Source of the DNA: an uncultured Candidatus Saccharibacteria bacterium
GTDB lineage: Bacteria > Patescibacteriota > Minisyncoccia > Phycocordibacterales > CAIZLB01
Direction: 5' to 3'
Length of the DNA stretch: 64,000 bases
NCBI GenBank assembly: GCA_964417855.1
Contig: CAYQJB010000001.1
Coordinates: 166,709 to 230,708 of the forward strand
This document shows positions 39,882 to 48,990 of this stretch, piece by piece. The position numbers and the translations under genes are program-made. The notes under the pieces were generated by a model. That model was given only the letters and a program-made list of their open reading frames with translations, was not told the DNA's origin and searched no databases. Positions within the stretch are counted from its first letter, which is position 1, and each line of letters opens with the position of its first letter.

Positions 39882-42362
39882 ATGAATCTGTTTAAAAACA
39901 CAACAATAAAAACAAAAGTTTCTTTAGTGGTGGTGTTTTTATTCTTATTTTTAACACACAATAAAGTGGTATCGGCTAGTCCGTTCGATGACCAAGTTAA
40001 AGCTGCAACACAGCAGGAGTCTGGGATTGTTAAAGACTCTAATGGCCAAATAAGTACAGCACCAGTAGGGTGGTTCTCAACTAACTATGGCGAACTATAC
40101 AATGCGGCGACCCCTGAAAAAAAAGCATTGATGACTCCAGAGATGTCAAAGTTATATGACACTATATTACCTTTAGAACAACAACTTATTGGTCTAAATA
40201 ATGATGCGAATGCAGGCAATCAAAGCCAAAGAACACAACTTGCTTTATCAATTGCACAAGCAAAAGTAGCCTTTAAGACAAACCTTGGTCTTGGTGCTAC
40301 AACCGAAGAAGCTACTGCTGCACAACTTCAAGGTCAGGTTATTTTTTGTCTAGGTGGATCCGGCGTCATTCCAACATTGAATATCCCTGGATGTATTGCA
40401 ATCGTATCATATGAAATACTATATTTAACATCTTGGGTTCTTTGGGTTGCAGCACTGATGTTTGATTGGACAATTGCATGGAGCCTTTCCATGCGAGATA
40501 TTGTTAACAGCTTTGCCGCAATACAATATGGATGGGAGACCTTTAGAAATGTTATTAACTTGTTCTTCATACTTATTCTTGTTTACATATCTATAGCTAC
40601 AATACTTCAAATAAGTGGATATGGTTACAAGCAATTACTTGGAAAATTGGTTATTGCAGCTTTTTTAATTAACTTTAGTATGTTCTTTACTGAAATTATA
40701 ATAGATCTAAGTAATATGACAGCCCTTGTTTTCTATAAGCAAATAATGGTCGATGCAGATAAGTTTGCGTCCTTAGGATCAGCTGGAGCACCAGGCGGAG
40801 CTTCTACTACAACAAATCAAAACCTTTCTCTTGGAATAATGAATGCACTTGGTTTGCAGACAATTTGGGGTGTAGGCCAAGCCAATAAAGGACTTGGTAC
40901 GGCTTCTTCATCACAAACACAAGGAAACAATCCGGCTGTAACTGGGGGAGGAAGTGTTGCTGCAGCTGGAACTGGTCAGGCTGCTATTATTGACCCTTGG
41001 AAGATGACTCTTGTTGGTCTTGGTGGATCTGTCTTCATACTAATCCTGTCTTTTATTTTCTTTGCTGCTTCCTTAATGTTTATGGTAAGGGTACTTATAT
41101 TAATTATTCTTATAATTACCTCACCAATCGCATTTTCAGCAAACGTGCTACCTGGTACAAAATTCTTGTCCGATAAATGGTGGAAACAACTCAATAGTAA
41201 TGTTTTGTTTGCACCCGTCTACATGGCTTTAATGTTTATTACATTAAAAATGATTTGGGGAGGAAGTAATCATGTTACAAACTTGCTGTCCTTGCTTGCT
41301 AACGAGAGCGCAAGTGGTATGCAATCTATAGTATTCTTCTTGTTACTATCTGCCATGTTGGTTGCCTGCCTTACTGTAGCGTCATCCTTAGGTGCAACAG
41401 GGTCTAAGACAATGCAAAGCTGGGGAAAGAGTGCTAGTTCAGGTGCAAAGAAGTTTGCAATAAACAGAGCGGCAGCTCCAGTTAGTTACATAGCAGACAA
41501 GGCATCTAAAAATGCTTTTATAGCAAGAAATGCACCTATACTTCTTCAGGGCGCAGACAAACTTGCTCAAGCAAAACTTGGTGGAACTTCAACATATAGA
41601 TCTAGAGTTGCTGATGACAAAAAGATGTATCAAGCAAGAGGGGATTTAGTTAAAAATGCAGTTACAGGAGAGCTTATCAGAGGTAGAAACGAAAGCTTAA
41701 AAGCTTTTGATGATAGAAAGAAAAACCAAACAGAAGCCGGGGAGATGGCACAAAGGAAACAATTAGGAGTGGGTGAAGGTAACGAAAACGCCTCAATGAG
41801 ATTTAATAAGGGGGCTCAACAAGCTAGACAGGATTTTATGAATAAATCTGAATCTAAAAGTAAAGACAAAGAGGTCAGTGCCGCAACGGTAGAAAAAAAT
41901 CAAAAAGAAATATCTACTGGAGCGATAGCTTTAATCTCTTCAATGAAGGCGTCTGGGGCCCTTAAAAATTTACACCCCGATGAAGCCAAAAAAACAGAGG
42001 ATATAATGAAAGAAATAACTGATGCAAGTGATGCAAAAAAAGAGGTAACACCAGAAATGATTGGAAAGCTTGTTCAAGAATCAAAGGCTCCAATTGATAC
42101 CTTATCAAAAACAATAGCAACAATGGAAAAGAACATGGAGAGATATGCAGGGGTGATTAAGAACACAAGAGATCCATCAATGCTACTTGCTGCAACTCAA
42201 AAACTTGGGGCTATGCAAGCGTCCCACACAATAGCTTCTCAAAAGAGGACTGATATTAAAAATCTTGTTGAACAACAAAAAGCTTTGGCAAAAAGGTCTG
42301 AAGATATAGCAATGCAACAAAAACTTAGAACAGTCACTGAAGAAAACAAACCTAAAGTATAA
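39882..42362 (+). CDS. Polytopic membrane protein, VirB6/TrbL/TcpH-like
   Basis: Signal peptide, then 6 or more TM helices rich in Trp/aromatic residues (YLTSWVLWVAALMFDWTIAWSL...), and a ~350-aa hydrophilic K/A/Q-rich C-terminal tail. The 826-aa size matches Gram-positive VirB6 analogues. Confidence 0.5.
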   Translation: MNLFKNTTIKTKVSLVVVFLFLFLTHNKVVSASPFDDQVKAATQQESGIVKDSNGQISTAPVGWFSTNYGELYNAATPEKKALMTPEMSKLYDTILPLEQQLIGLNNDANAGNQSQRTQLALSIAQAKVAFKTNLGLGATTEEATAAQLQGQVIFCLGGSGVIPTLNIPGCIAIVSYEILYLTSWVLWVAALMFDWTIAWSLSMRDIVNSFAAIQYGWETFRNVINLFFILILVYISIATILQISGYGYKQLLGKLVIAAFLINFSMFFTEIIIDLSNMTALVFYKQIMVDADKFASLGSAGAPGGASTTTNQNLSLGIMNALGLQTIWGVGQANKGLGTASSSQTQGNNPAVTGGGSVAAAGTGQAAIIDPWKMTLVGLGGSVFILILSFIFFAASLMFMVRVLILIILIITSPIAFSANVLPGTKFLSDKWWKQLNSNVLFAPVYMALMFITLKMIWGGSNHVTNLLSLLANESASGMQSIVFFLLLSAMLVACLTVASSLGATGSKTMQSWGKSASSGAKKFAINRAAAPVSYIADKASKNAFIARNAPILLQGADKLAQAKLGGTSTYRSRVADDKKMYQARGDLVKNAVTGELIRGRNESLKAFDDRKKNQTEAGEMAQRKQLGVGEGNENASMRFNKGAQQARQDFMNKSESKSKDKEVSAATVEKNQKEISTGAIALISSMKASGALKNLHPDEAKKTEDIMKEITDASDAKKEVTPEMIGKLVQESKAPIDTLSKTIATMEKNMERYAGVIKNTRDPSMLLAATQKLGAMQASHTIASQKRTDIKNLVEQQKALAKRSEDIAMQQKLRTVTEENKPKV

Positions 42363-42364
42363 TT

Positions 42365-43063
42365 ATGACAACATTTACAGAACAAGAATTTATAGACAAG
42401 ATGAATTTACTGCCTGCAGAGTTACAAAAAAAACTTCTTTTACTTGATTATGATGATGATTTCATTAGTATCATCAATTATAATAGTATTAAGCCAGCAG
42501 AAACTATCAACGCAATTGGTTTGGCCGTTAGGTTGGTAGCTCTTGGTTTTTCCTCAAAGCAAGAATTATTTGAATCTGTTTCTAATGAAGTCTTAGTTGA
42601 AGATGAAGCCAGACACATATTCAGTGAAATAGACAGAACAATACTAGTACCAAACAACCTTAAGGGTATTATCGAAACAGGAATAGAATTACACACTGAA
42701 GGACAAGAGGATGCAACAAACACTGAAGACAAGTATTCAACTCACAACATCACAGAAACAGCAGAAGACATTCTGAAAGAAATTGAAAATCCAACACCAG
42801 CTACGTCCTCAATGGTTTCTAGTTTTAACAAACAAACTACCACAACACTGACGGCTGTAGGGCCTCATGATCAGCTTTCAGTCGATGGTTTAACTAATGA
42901 GTCCTCAAATATTATAAAGAATCCTCAAAACACAGCAACACCAACCGATACAACACCTGCACCAAACAAAGAAGGACAACTTGAAGCAAAATTAACAGAA
43001 ACTGTGATTCAACCAGTAAAATCAACATATTATAAGGTAGATCCATATAGGGAGGAGATGTAG
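42365..43063 (+). CDS. Hypothetical cytoplasmic protein (paralogue of the next gene)
   Basis: The N-terminus TEQEFIDKMNLLPAELQKKLLLLDYDD resembles TEQFNKLPESFKTAIKASDYDK of 43095..43442. Confidence 0.35.
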   Translation: MTTFTEQEFIDKMNLLPAELQKKLLLLDYDDDFISIINYNSIKPAETINAIGLAVRLVALGFSSKQELFESVSNEVLVEDEARHIFSEIDRTILVPNNLKGIIETGIELHTEGQEDATNTEDKYSTHNITETAEDILKEIENPTPATSSMVSSFNKQTTTTLTAVGPHDQLSVDGLTNESSNIIKNPQNTATPTDTTPAPNKEGQLEAKLTETVIQPVKSTYYKVDPYREEM

Positions 43064-43094
43064 GTACCTATAAATCAATTGAATAATTAAAAAC

Positions 43095-43442
43095 ATGACA
43101 GCAACATCCATAGAAAGAAACACAGAACAATTTAACAAGCTTCCTGAAAGCTTCAAAACAGCAATTAAAGCTAGCGATTATGATAAATCACTAGCTTTAA
43201 TTTCAAAGGAACATAAACTACACATTGATCAGTCTTCTATGTTAGAGGAATTATTAGCAAAACTTATTTTTGGAGATATTGAATCTGAAGATATCATTTC
43301 TGAGATGAAATCAAAGTTAAATCTTTCAAAAGAAGAGGCAACAAAGATTGCCGCAGAACTTGATCAGATGATAATTAAAGAAATTAAACGTAATTTAATG
43401 AATATTCAGAAGGAGACAACTGTAAAAGAAGACGTAGAATAA
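43095..43442 (+). CDS. Hypothetical small protein (paralogue of 42365..43063 N-domain)
   Basis: Shared N-terminal motif as in the previous entry; 115 aa; no TM. Confidence 0.35.
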   Translation: MTATSIERNTEQFNKLPESFKTAIKASDYDKSLALISKEHKLHIDQSSMLEELLAKLIFGDIESEDIISEMKSKLNLSKEEATKIAAELDQMIIKEIKRNLMNIQKETTVKEDVE

Positions 43443-43468
43443 TTGTCATGATATAATTGTTTTGATAA

Positions 43469-43924
43469 ATGAGATATCAAACACCACAATTTATTGAGGA
43501 GGAAACAAAACTATTTGGCCCACTTACTTTTAAGCAGTTCGTATATCTAATTGGAGGAGCTGGTATCTCTTTTGCTGTATACAAAATGCTTCCGTTTCTT
43601 TTGGCAATACTAATAATCGCACCTGTTGCTGGAGCCTCGCTTGCTTTGGCTTTCTATAAGATAAATGAAAGACCTTTTATAGACGCCGTGGAAGCAGCCT
43701 TCTATTTTATTATATCAAACCGTCTTTACACGTATCAAAAAATAGATAAACCTACTCAGCAATTAAGAACTTCACAAAAGACAATGATTGCCCCCGTACC
43801 TAAGATTGGGGCATCCACAAGCAGACTTAAGGATTTGGCATGGAGCTTAGATATCAATGAGAATATAAAAGATAAAAGTAAGGACAACTTTGATATGGGG
43901 GTTAATGATAAAATAAAAATATAA
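43469..43924 (+). CDS. PrgI/TcpE-family (VirB3-like) small membrane protein
   Basis: RYQTPQFIEEETKLFGPLTFKQFVYLIGGAGISFAVYKM and a two-TM layout match the PrgI family pattern. It lies directly upstream of VirB4. Confidence 0.6.
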   Translation: MRYQTPQFIEEETKLFGPLTFKQFVYLIGGAGISFAVYKMLPFLLAILIIAPVAGASLALAFYKINERPFIDAVEAAFYFIISNRLYTYQKIDKPTQQLRTSQKTMIAPVPKIGASTSRLKDLAWSLDINENIKDKSKDNFDMGVNDKIKI

Positions 43925-43932
43925 TTAATAAA

Positions 43933-44589
43933 ATGGCATCAAATCAAGAAAATTTTTCAAAACCTACACAAGATTTTGTCCCTATAAAAGAAGTTAGAGA
44001 TGGAATTGTTATATTAAAAGATGGTTCTATGAGGGCTATTCTTCTTGCTTCTTCTATTAACTTTGCATTGAAGTCTCCTGAAGAACAACAGTCTGTTCTT
44101 TATCAGTTTCAAAACTTTTTAAATTCAATAAACTTTTCTATACAAATCTTTGTTCAATCAAGAAGACTAGATATTACGCCTTATATTAACCTTCTTGAAG
44201 ATAGAATAAAATTCCAATCAAGTGAACTTATGAAGGTTCAAACAAGGGAGTACATGGACTTCGTTAGAAATCTAACTGAGTCAGTAAACATTATGACAAA
44301 AAGTTTCTTTGTTGTTGTTCCATATTCTCCAACTGTACTTAATAAAAAAGGGGGTGTGTTTGGAGGTATGTTTGGAGGTAAAAAAACATCTAAAGAATCT
44401 GAGAATGACGAGTATCTTCAGTTTGAAGAATTTAAAAGCCAACTTCAACAAAGAGTAGAGGTTGTAGAACAAGGTCTTGTTAGATGTGGAGTTAGAATCG
44501 CTCAACTTGGAACTGAAGAAATCATTGAGTTCTTCTACAAACTCTTCAATCCAGGTACTGTTGAAAAACCAATAGATATGTCTAAGTAA
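43933..44589 (+). CDS. VirB4/PrgJ/TcpF-like ATPase, N-terminal domain (separate ORF)
   Basis: FVPIKEVRDGIVILKDGSMRAILLASSINFALKSPEEQQSVLYQFQNFLNSI resembles the N-terminal CagE/TrbE/VirB4 region of Gram-positive VirB4 homologues. It ends with a TAA 60 nt before the next ATG. Confidence 0.55.
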   Translation: MASNQENFSKPTQDFVPIKEVRDGIVILKDGSMRAILLASSINFALKSPEEQQSVLYQFQNFLNSINFSIQIFVQSRRLDITPYINLLEDRIKFQSSELMKVQTREYMDFVRNLTESVNIMTKSFFVVVPYSPTVLNKKGGVFGGMFGGKKTSKESENDEYLQFEEFKSQLQQRVEVVEQGLVRCGVRIAQLGTEEIIEFFYKLFNPGTVEKPIDMSK

Positions 44590-44649
44590 GTTTTGGTTTG
44601 TTGATATCTGGAATTTTTTTATATTTTAGAGTACAATTAAAATAATAAT

Positions 44650-46497
44650 ATGAGCCTATTAGATTTTTTAAAGAAGCCTCAAGAGGAATCTTCACCAATT
44701 AGTTCCATTCTACCTAAGGAAATTTACCAATCTGGTGTTTTAGAACTACAAGACATAATCGCACCTTCTGGTTTAAAAATAAGTCCAAAGACAATCAACT
44801 TAGGAGAGAAGATTGTTAGAACATTCTTTGTTATTTCTTATCCAAGATTTTTATCATCGAACTGGTTTTCTCCAATAATTAACCTCGACAAGGTTTTTGA
44901 TATTTCGATTTTTATACACCCAGTAGACACAGCTACTGTACTTAGACAATTTACAAAAAAAGTTGCTGATATTGAAGTTGATATAAGTACGAGAGAGACT
45001 AAGGGATTAGTTAGAGATCCGAAGTTAGATACTGCCTATCAAGACCTAGAAGAGCTGCGTGACAAGCTACAGCAGGCACAGGAGAGACTTTTTGACATAG
45101 GTCTATACATTGCTATATATGGTGAAGACGAGCAAGAATTAGACAAAATTGAATCAGAAATAAAATCTATTCTTGAATCAAACTTGGTTTTCATTAAGCC
45201 CGCCCTTTTCCAACAAGAACAAGGCTTTCAAAGTGTTTTACCAATTGGTGAAGACAAGCTTGGGGTTCACTCTAAATTAAACTCTGAACCACTATCAAGT
45301 ATTTTCCCATTTATTTCTTTTGACCTTACATCAGATAAAGGAATTCTTTACGGTATAAACAGACACAACTCAAGTCTTATTCTTTTTGATAGATTTTCAC
45401 TGGAAAACTACAACTCTGTAACATTTGCTAAAGCTGGTTCCGGAAAATCTTATCAAACAAAACTAGAGATTATTAGATCTATGATGTTTGATACAGATGT
45501 TATAGTACTCGACCCAGAACGTGAGTATGAATACCTTGCTGAAGCAACTGGTGGTAGATATTTTAATATTTCCCTAACATCAGATCACCACATCAATCCA
45601 TTTGACCTACCGGTTCCAAGAGAAGGGGAATCATCATCAGACGTTCTAAGATCAAACATTATTAACCTTGTTGGATTATTTAGAATAATGCTTGGAGGAT
45701 TAACAGCAGAGGAGGATGCTGTTGTTGATAGAGCCATCACAGAAACTTACGCCCTTAAAGATATTACTCCTGAATCAAACTTTGCAGCCGCAGAACCTCC
45801 ACTTATGTCAGACTTTGAGCTTGTTCTTAGTGGAATGGAAGGGGGAGAGTCATTAGCACAAAGACTTACAAAGTACACAAAAGGAACATGGGCTGGTTTT
45901 ATCAACAGACCATCAAACGTAGACATCAACAAGAAGTTTGTTGTTTTTTCACTTAGAGATATGGAAGAAGAACTGAAGCCTGTTGCTATGTATATTGTTA
46001 TGCACTATATATGGAACGCTATTAGAAAGGAGCTTAAGAAAAGACTTTTGGTCATTGATGAGGCATGGTACTTAATGAAATCAGAAGATACAGCTTCATT
46101 CTTGCTTGGTCTAGCAAAAAGAGGAAGAAAGTATTATTTGGGACTTGCTACAATTACACAGGACGTTGAGGATTTTTTGAAGTCTCCATACGGTCTTCCT
46201 ATTATTTCAAACTCTTCTATTCAAATCTTATTAAAGCAATCTCCATCTTCTATTGATATTGTTCAAAAAACATTTAACTTAACGGATGAAGAAAAATATT
46301 TACTTCTTGAATCTGATGTGGGGGAGGGGATGTTTTTTGCTGGTCTAAAACACGTAGCAATCAAGGTTATTGCATCCTATACGGAGAATCAAATAATTAC
46401 ATCTAAGCCATCAGAGGTTCTACAGATTAAAAAGGAAAAGGCAGAACTTGCTGCACAAAAAGAAGAGGAGATGGATAAATTAAAAAAGGTTCTATAG
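44650..46497 (+). CDS. VirB4-like T4SS ATPase, C-terminal ATPase module
   Basis: Walker A FAKAGSGKSYQT, Walker B LVIDEAWYLM, and conservation along the VirB4 C-terminal domain; 615 aa. Confidence 0.8.
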   Translation: MSLLDFLKKPQEESSPISSILPKEIYQSGVLELQDIIAPSGLKISPKTINLGEKIVRTFFVISYPRFLSSNWFSPIINLDKVFDISIFIHPVDTATVLRQFTKKVADIEVDISTRETKGLVRDPKLDTAYQDLEELRDKLQQAQERLFDIGLYIAIYGEDEQELDKIESEIKSILESNLVFIKPALFQQEQGFQSVLPIGEDKLGVHSKLNSEPLSSIFPFISFDLTSDKGILYGINRHNSSLILFDRFSLENYNSVTFAKAGSGKSYQTKLEIIRSMMFDTDVIVLDPEREYEYLAEATGGRYFNISLTSDHHINPFDLPVPREGESSSDVLRSNIINLVGLFRIMLGGLTAEEDAVVDRAITETYALKDITPESNFAAAEPPLMSDFELVLSGMEGGESLAQRLTKYTKGTWAGFINRPSNVDINKKFVVFSLRDMEEELKPVAMYIVMHYIWNAIRKELKKRLLVIDEAWYLMKSEDTASFLLGLAKRGRKYYLGLATITQDVEDFLKSPYGLPIISNSSIQILLKQSPSSIDIVQKTFNLTDEEKYLLLESDVGEGMFFAGLKHVAIKVIASYTENQIITSKPSEVLQIKKEKAELAAQKEEEMDKLKKVL

Positions 46498-46505
46498 AAA
46501 AACAA

Positions 46506-46546
46506 ACACCCCACCGCTCATTTTATGAATAGTGGGGTGTTTTTAT
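46506..46546 (+). terminator. Rho-independent terminator after VirB4
   Basis: ACACCCCAC...GTGGGGTGT stem followed by TTTTT. Confidence 0.65.
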
Positions 46547-46581
46547 ATATTATTATCTTGAAATCTGTTAATATATAACTA

Positions 46582-47043
46582 ATGAATGAAAGGCAGGCCA
46601 AAAATCAACAGCGTCTACAGAGTGGTAAACAACTTGGTCAGGATTCTTCTGTTGATTCAAAAAACAATGACACGTCTGAAGGCGGTGCTGACAACAGCTC
46701 TGGTGAAAAAAAAATTACCCAATCTGTTTTTTTTAAACTGTTAACTGTTTTACTAATTCTTGATATAATCGGATTAATTCCATTTATTGGATGGGCAATA
46801 AGCACTGTTGCATCGCTTTTAATATTTAGAAAATTTGGGGTTAAATTTCACTACAAAAACATCATGAAAGTTGGTACTTGTGACTTAGTTAAGGTAATTC
46901 CAGGAGTTAGTCTTATTCCTACTTTTGTAATGAGTGGAATTTTAACAATTGGACCTATGGTTAGCGGTCTTGGAGAAGGAATTCCTGGAGGGCAACATGT
47001 TGCAAACAAAGTACAGAAAGCTATTTCTATGACTAAAAAATAA
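46582..47043 (+). CDS. Small two-TM membrane protein (T4SS-cluster associated)
   Basis: Polar N-terminus; hydrophobic helices LLTVLLILDIIGLIPFIGWAISTVASLLIF and VSLIPTFVMSGILTIGPMV. Confidence 0.35.
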   Translation: MNERQAKNQQRLQSGKQLGQDSSVDSKNNDTSEGGADNSSGEKKITQSVFFKLLTVLLILDIIGLIPFIGWAISTVASLLIFRKFGVKFHYKNIMKVGTCDLVKVIPGVSLIPTFVMSGILTIGPMVSGLGEGIPGGQHVANKVQKAISMTKK

Positions 47044-47107
47044 AGTATTTATAAAGTTATAAACAAAAAATTACTTTCGTTGTACAATTAGTGATATAAT
47101 TAATAAG

Positions 47108-48160
47108 ATGATTAAAAAAAACAAACACTTACTTATTTCAACACTTTCTTTGATTGTTTTATTTTTAGTTTTTATTCTAATAAACAAAACAGAGGCACAG
47201 GTAGGGGATCCGTCTAGTATTCCAATTCCACAACAAATAAAGGAAATAAAGCAGCAGTTAGATATAAACATTTCCCCTGAGGTACCGGAACCAAATCAAG
47301 ACGTGACAATAACAGTGGAGGCCTATGGTTTGGATTTAAATTCCACAGATATGCAGTGGTTGATAAATGGTAAAGAAAAAGTTAGGGGTCTTGGTGAGAA
47401 AAAATTCACTTTAAATGTTGGGAACTCTGGGCAAAGTACGGTTACGTTAAACATTACACCCAAAGACCAACCTTTGATTTCCAGAGTTTTTGTTTTTAAT
47501 CCTTCCAATGTTGATCTTTTGTGGCAAGCCGAAACTTATACGCCCCCATTTTATAAAGGAAAAGCTTTATTTTCCCCAGAATCGTCAGTGACAATGGTTG
47601 CTATTCCAAATTTTATTAATGGTACCACAAGGACAAATGATTCAAATGTTGTATACAAGTGGAGTATAGACAGAGAGGTTCAGGGGGACTACTCGGGTTA
47701 TGGAAAAAATTCTTTTCAATACACATCAGATATATTGTCTCTGGATACAGAGATAGAGATCGAGGCTTATCCTTCTAGTCAACAAACAAGAAAGGGTGTT
47801 GGTAGCGCCTTGTTGTCTACAAAAAATGCTTTTCTTCTGTTTTATGAAGACAACCCAACAAACGGTGTAATGTTTAACTACTCTCTTAAGAATCAGGTTA
47901 ATTTAGGAACAAGAAACGAATCAAAGATAAGCGCCTTTCCTTTTAACTCTAGTTCAAATAGTAAAAGTTCTGGTTTAGAATACACATGGTATGTAAACTC
48001 TGAAAAGATTGATATACCGTTGAGTACAAACACAATAACAATCAAAAAGAACTCTGCTCAAAAAATTGATGTTGCAAGTATACTTGTTTCCTTATCAAAC
48101 CCTACACACATAATGCAAGAGACCCAAAATAGCATCGATTTTTTGTTTAACAATAATTAG
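47108..48160 (+). CDS. Secreted hypothetical protein (signal peptide, beta-rich repeats)
   Basis: Signal peptide MIKKNKHLLISTLSLIVLFLVFILINKTEA. No family recognised. Confidence 0.4.
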   Translation: MIKKNKHLLISTLSLIVLFLVFILINKTEAQVGDPSSIPIPQQIKEIKQQLDINISPEVPEPNQDVTITVEAYGLDLNSTDMQWLINGKEKVRGLGEKKFTLNVGNSGQSTVTLNITPKDQPLISRVFVFNPSNVDLLWQAETYTPPFYKGKALFSPESSVTMVAIPNFINGTTRTNDSNVVYKWSIDREVQGDYSGYGKNSFQYTSDILSLDTEIEIEAYPSSQQTRKGVGSALLSTKNAFLLFYEDNPTNGVMFNYSLKNQVNLGTRNESKISAFPFNSSSNSKSSGLEYTWYVNSEKIDIPLSTNTITIKKNSAQKIDVASILVSLSNPTHIMQETQNSIDFLFNNN

Positions 48161-48226
48161 TACTTTTGCACATTATTTTTCCTTCATAAATATACACAAA
48201 TCTTTATTTGTTGTATTATATTAGTA

Positions 48227-48988
48227 ATGAATATCCTTAGTAATAATAAAAACAAAATTGGTGGCAAGTTTTTAGCAGCAACAAGTATTCTGTCAATATC
48301 ATTATATTTATTTTTTGGGATTGTTAGTGTTGTGGAGGCGGTTGATTTTCCCGCTTCTTTAGGGGGAGGTTCTATGAGTCCAACAACGAACAGTGTCACA
48401 AAAACAGCCGCTCCCACACTAACTGATTGGAGTACTTTTAATTCAGGTTCAAACTATAATCCAAACTCTACCCCCAACTCTGCACAGCCAACATCTCCAG
48501 TAATAACTCCAGGCTCTCAAGCTATGCTACAACAGATGGGGCCTCCGAGCAGTGCCGCTTGTGGAATATCTGTTTCTGGTAGTGGTGGTAAAGGAAAATG
48601 GAATTATTGTATGCTTGCTCCTATAGGAGGCCTTATAGGGACACCGTCGGGAACTGGTAAGGACGCAACGGAGATTGTTGATTTGGAGAAAGGCCTACAA
48701 CCATTCTTTGCTGGGGTTTACAAAGTTGGTGTAACAGCAGCTGTTGCTCTTTCAATTCTTGTTATTTCAATAGGTGGAATTAGAATGGCAACAATAGACT
48801 CCATAACAGCCAAGGAGGAGGGCAAGAACATGATCAACGCAGCTCTTTCAGGGTTGTTTTTGGCTCTGTTTTCTTATGTTTTACTTTACACAATCAACCC
48901 AGCTTTGATTGGTAATGGGGAGGGGTCAATTTTTCCAACCTCAACAATTCAAATAAATGTAAACCCGTCAACACCAGCAAAAAAATAA
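48227..48988 (+). CDS. Candidate VirB2/TrbC-like pilin-type protein
   Basis: Signal/anchor, a polar T/S/P-rich linker, then a C-terminal ~90 aa of two hydrophobic helices (VGVTAAVALSILVISIGG ... ALSGLFLALFSYVLLYTINPAL), as in T4SS pilins. Confidence 0.3.
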   Translation: MNILSNNKNKIGGKFLAATSILSISLYLFFGIVSVVEAVDFPASLGGGSMSPTTNSVTKTAAPTLTDWSTFNSGSNYNPNSTPNSAQPTSPVITPGSQAMLQQMGPPSSAACGISVSGSGGKGKWNYCMLAPIGGLIGTPSGTGKDATEIVDLEKGLQPFFAGVYKVGVTAAVALSILVISIGGIRMATIDSITAKEEGKNMINAALSGLFLALFSYVLLYTINPALIGNGEGSIFPTSTIQINVNPSTPAKK

Positions 48989-48990
48989 AA

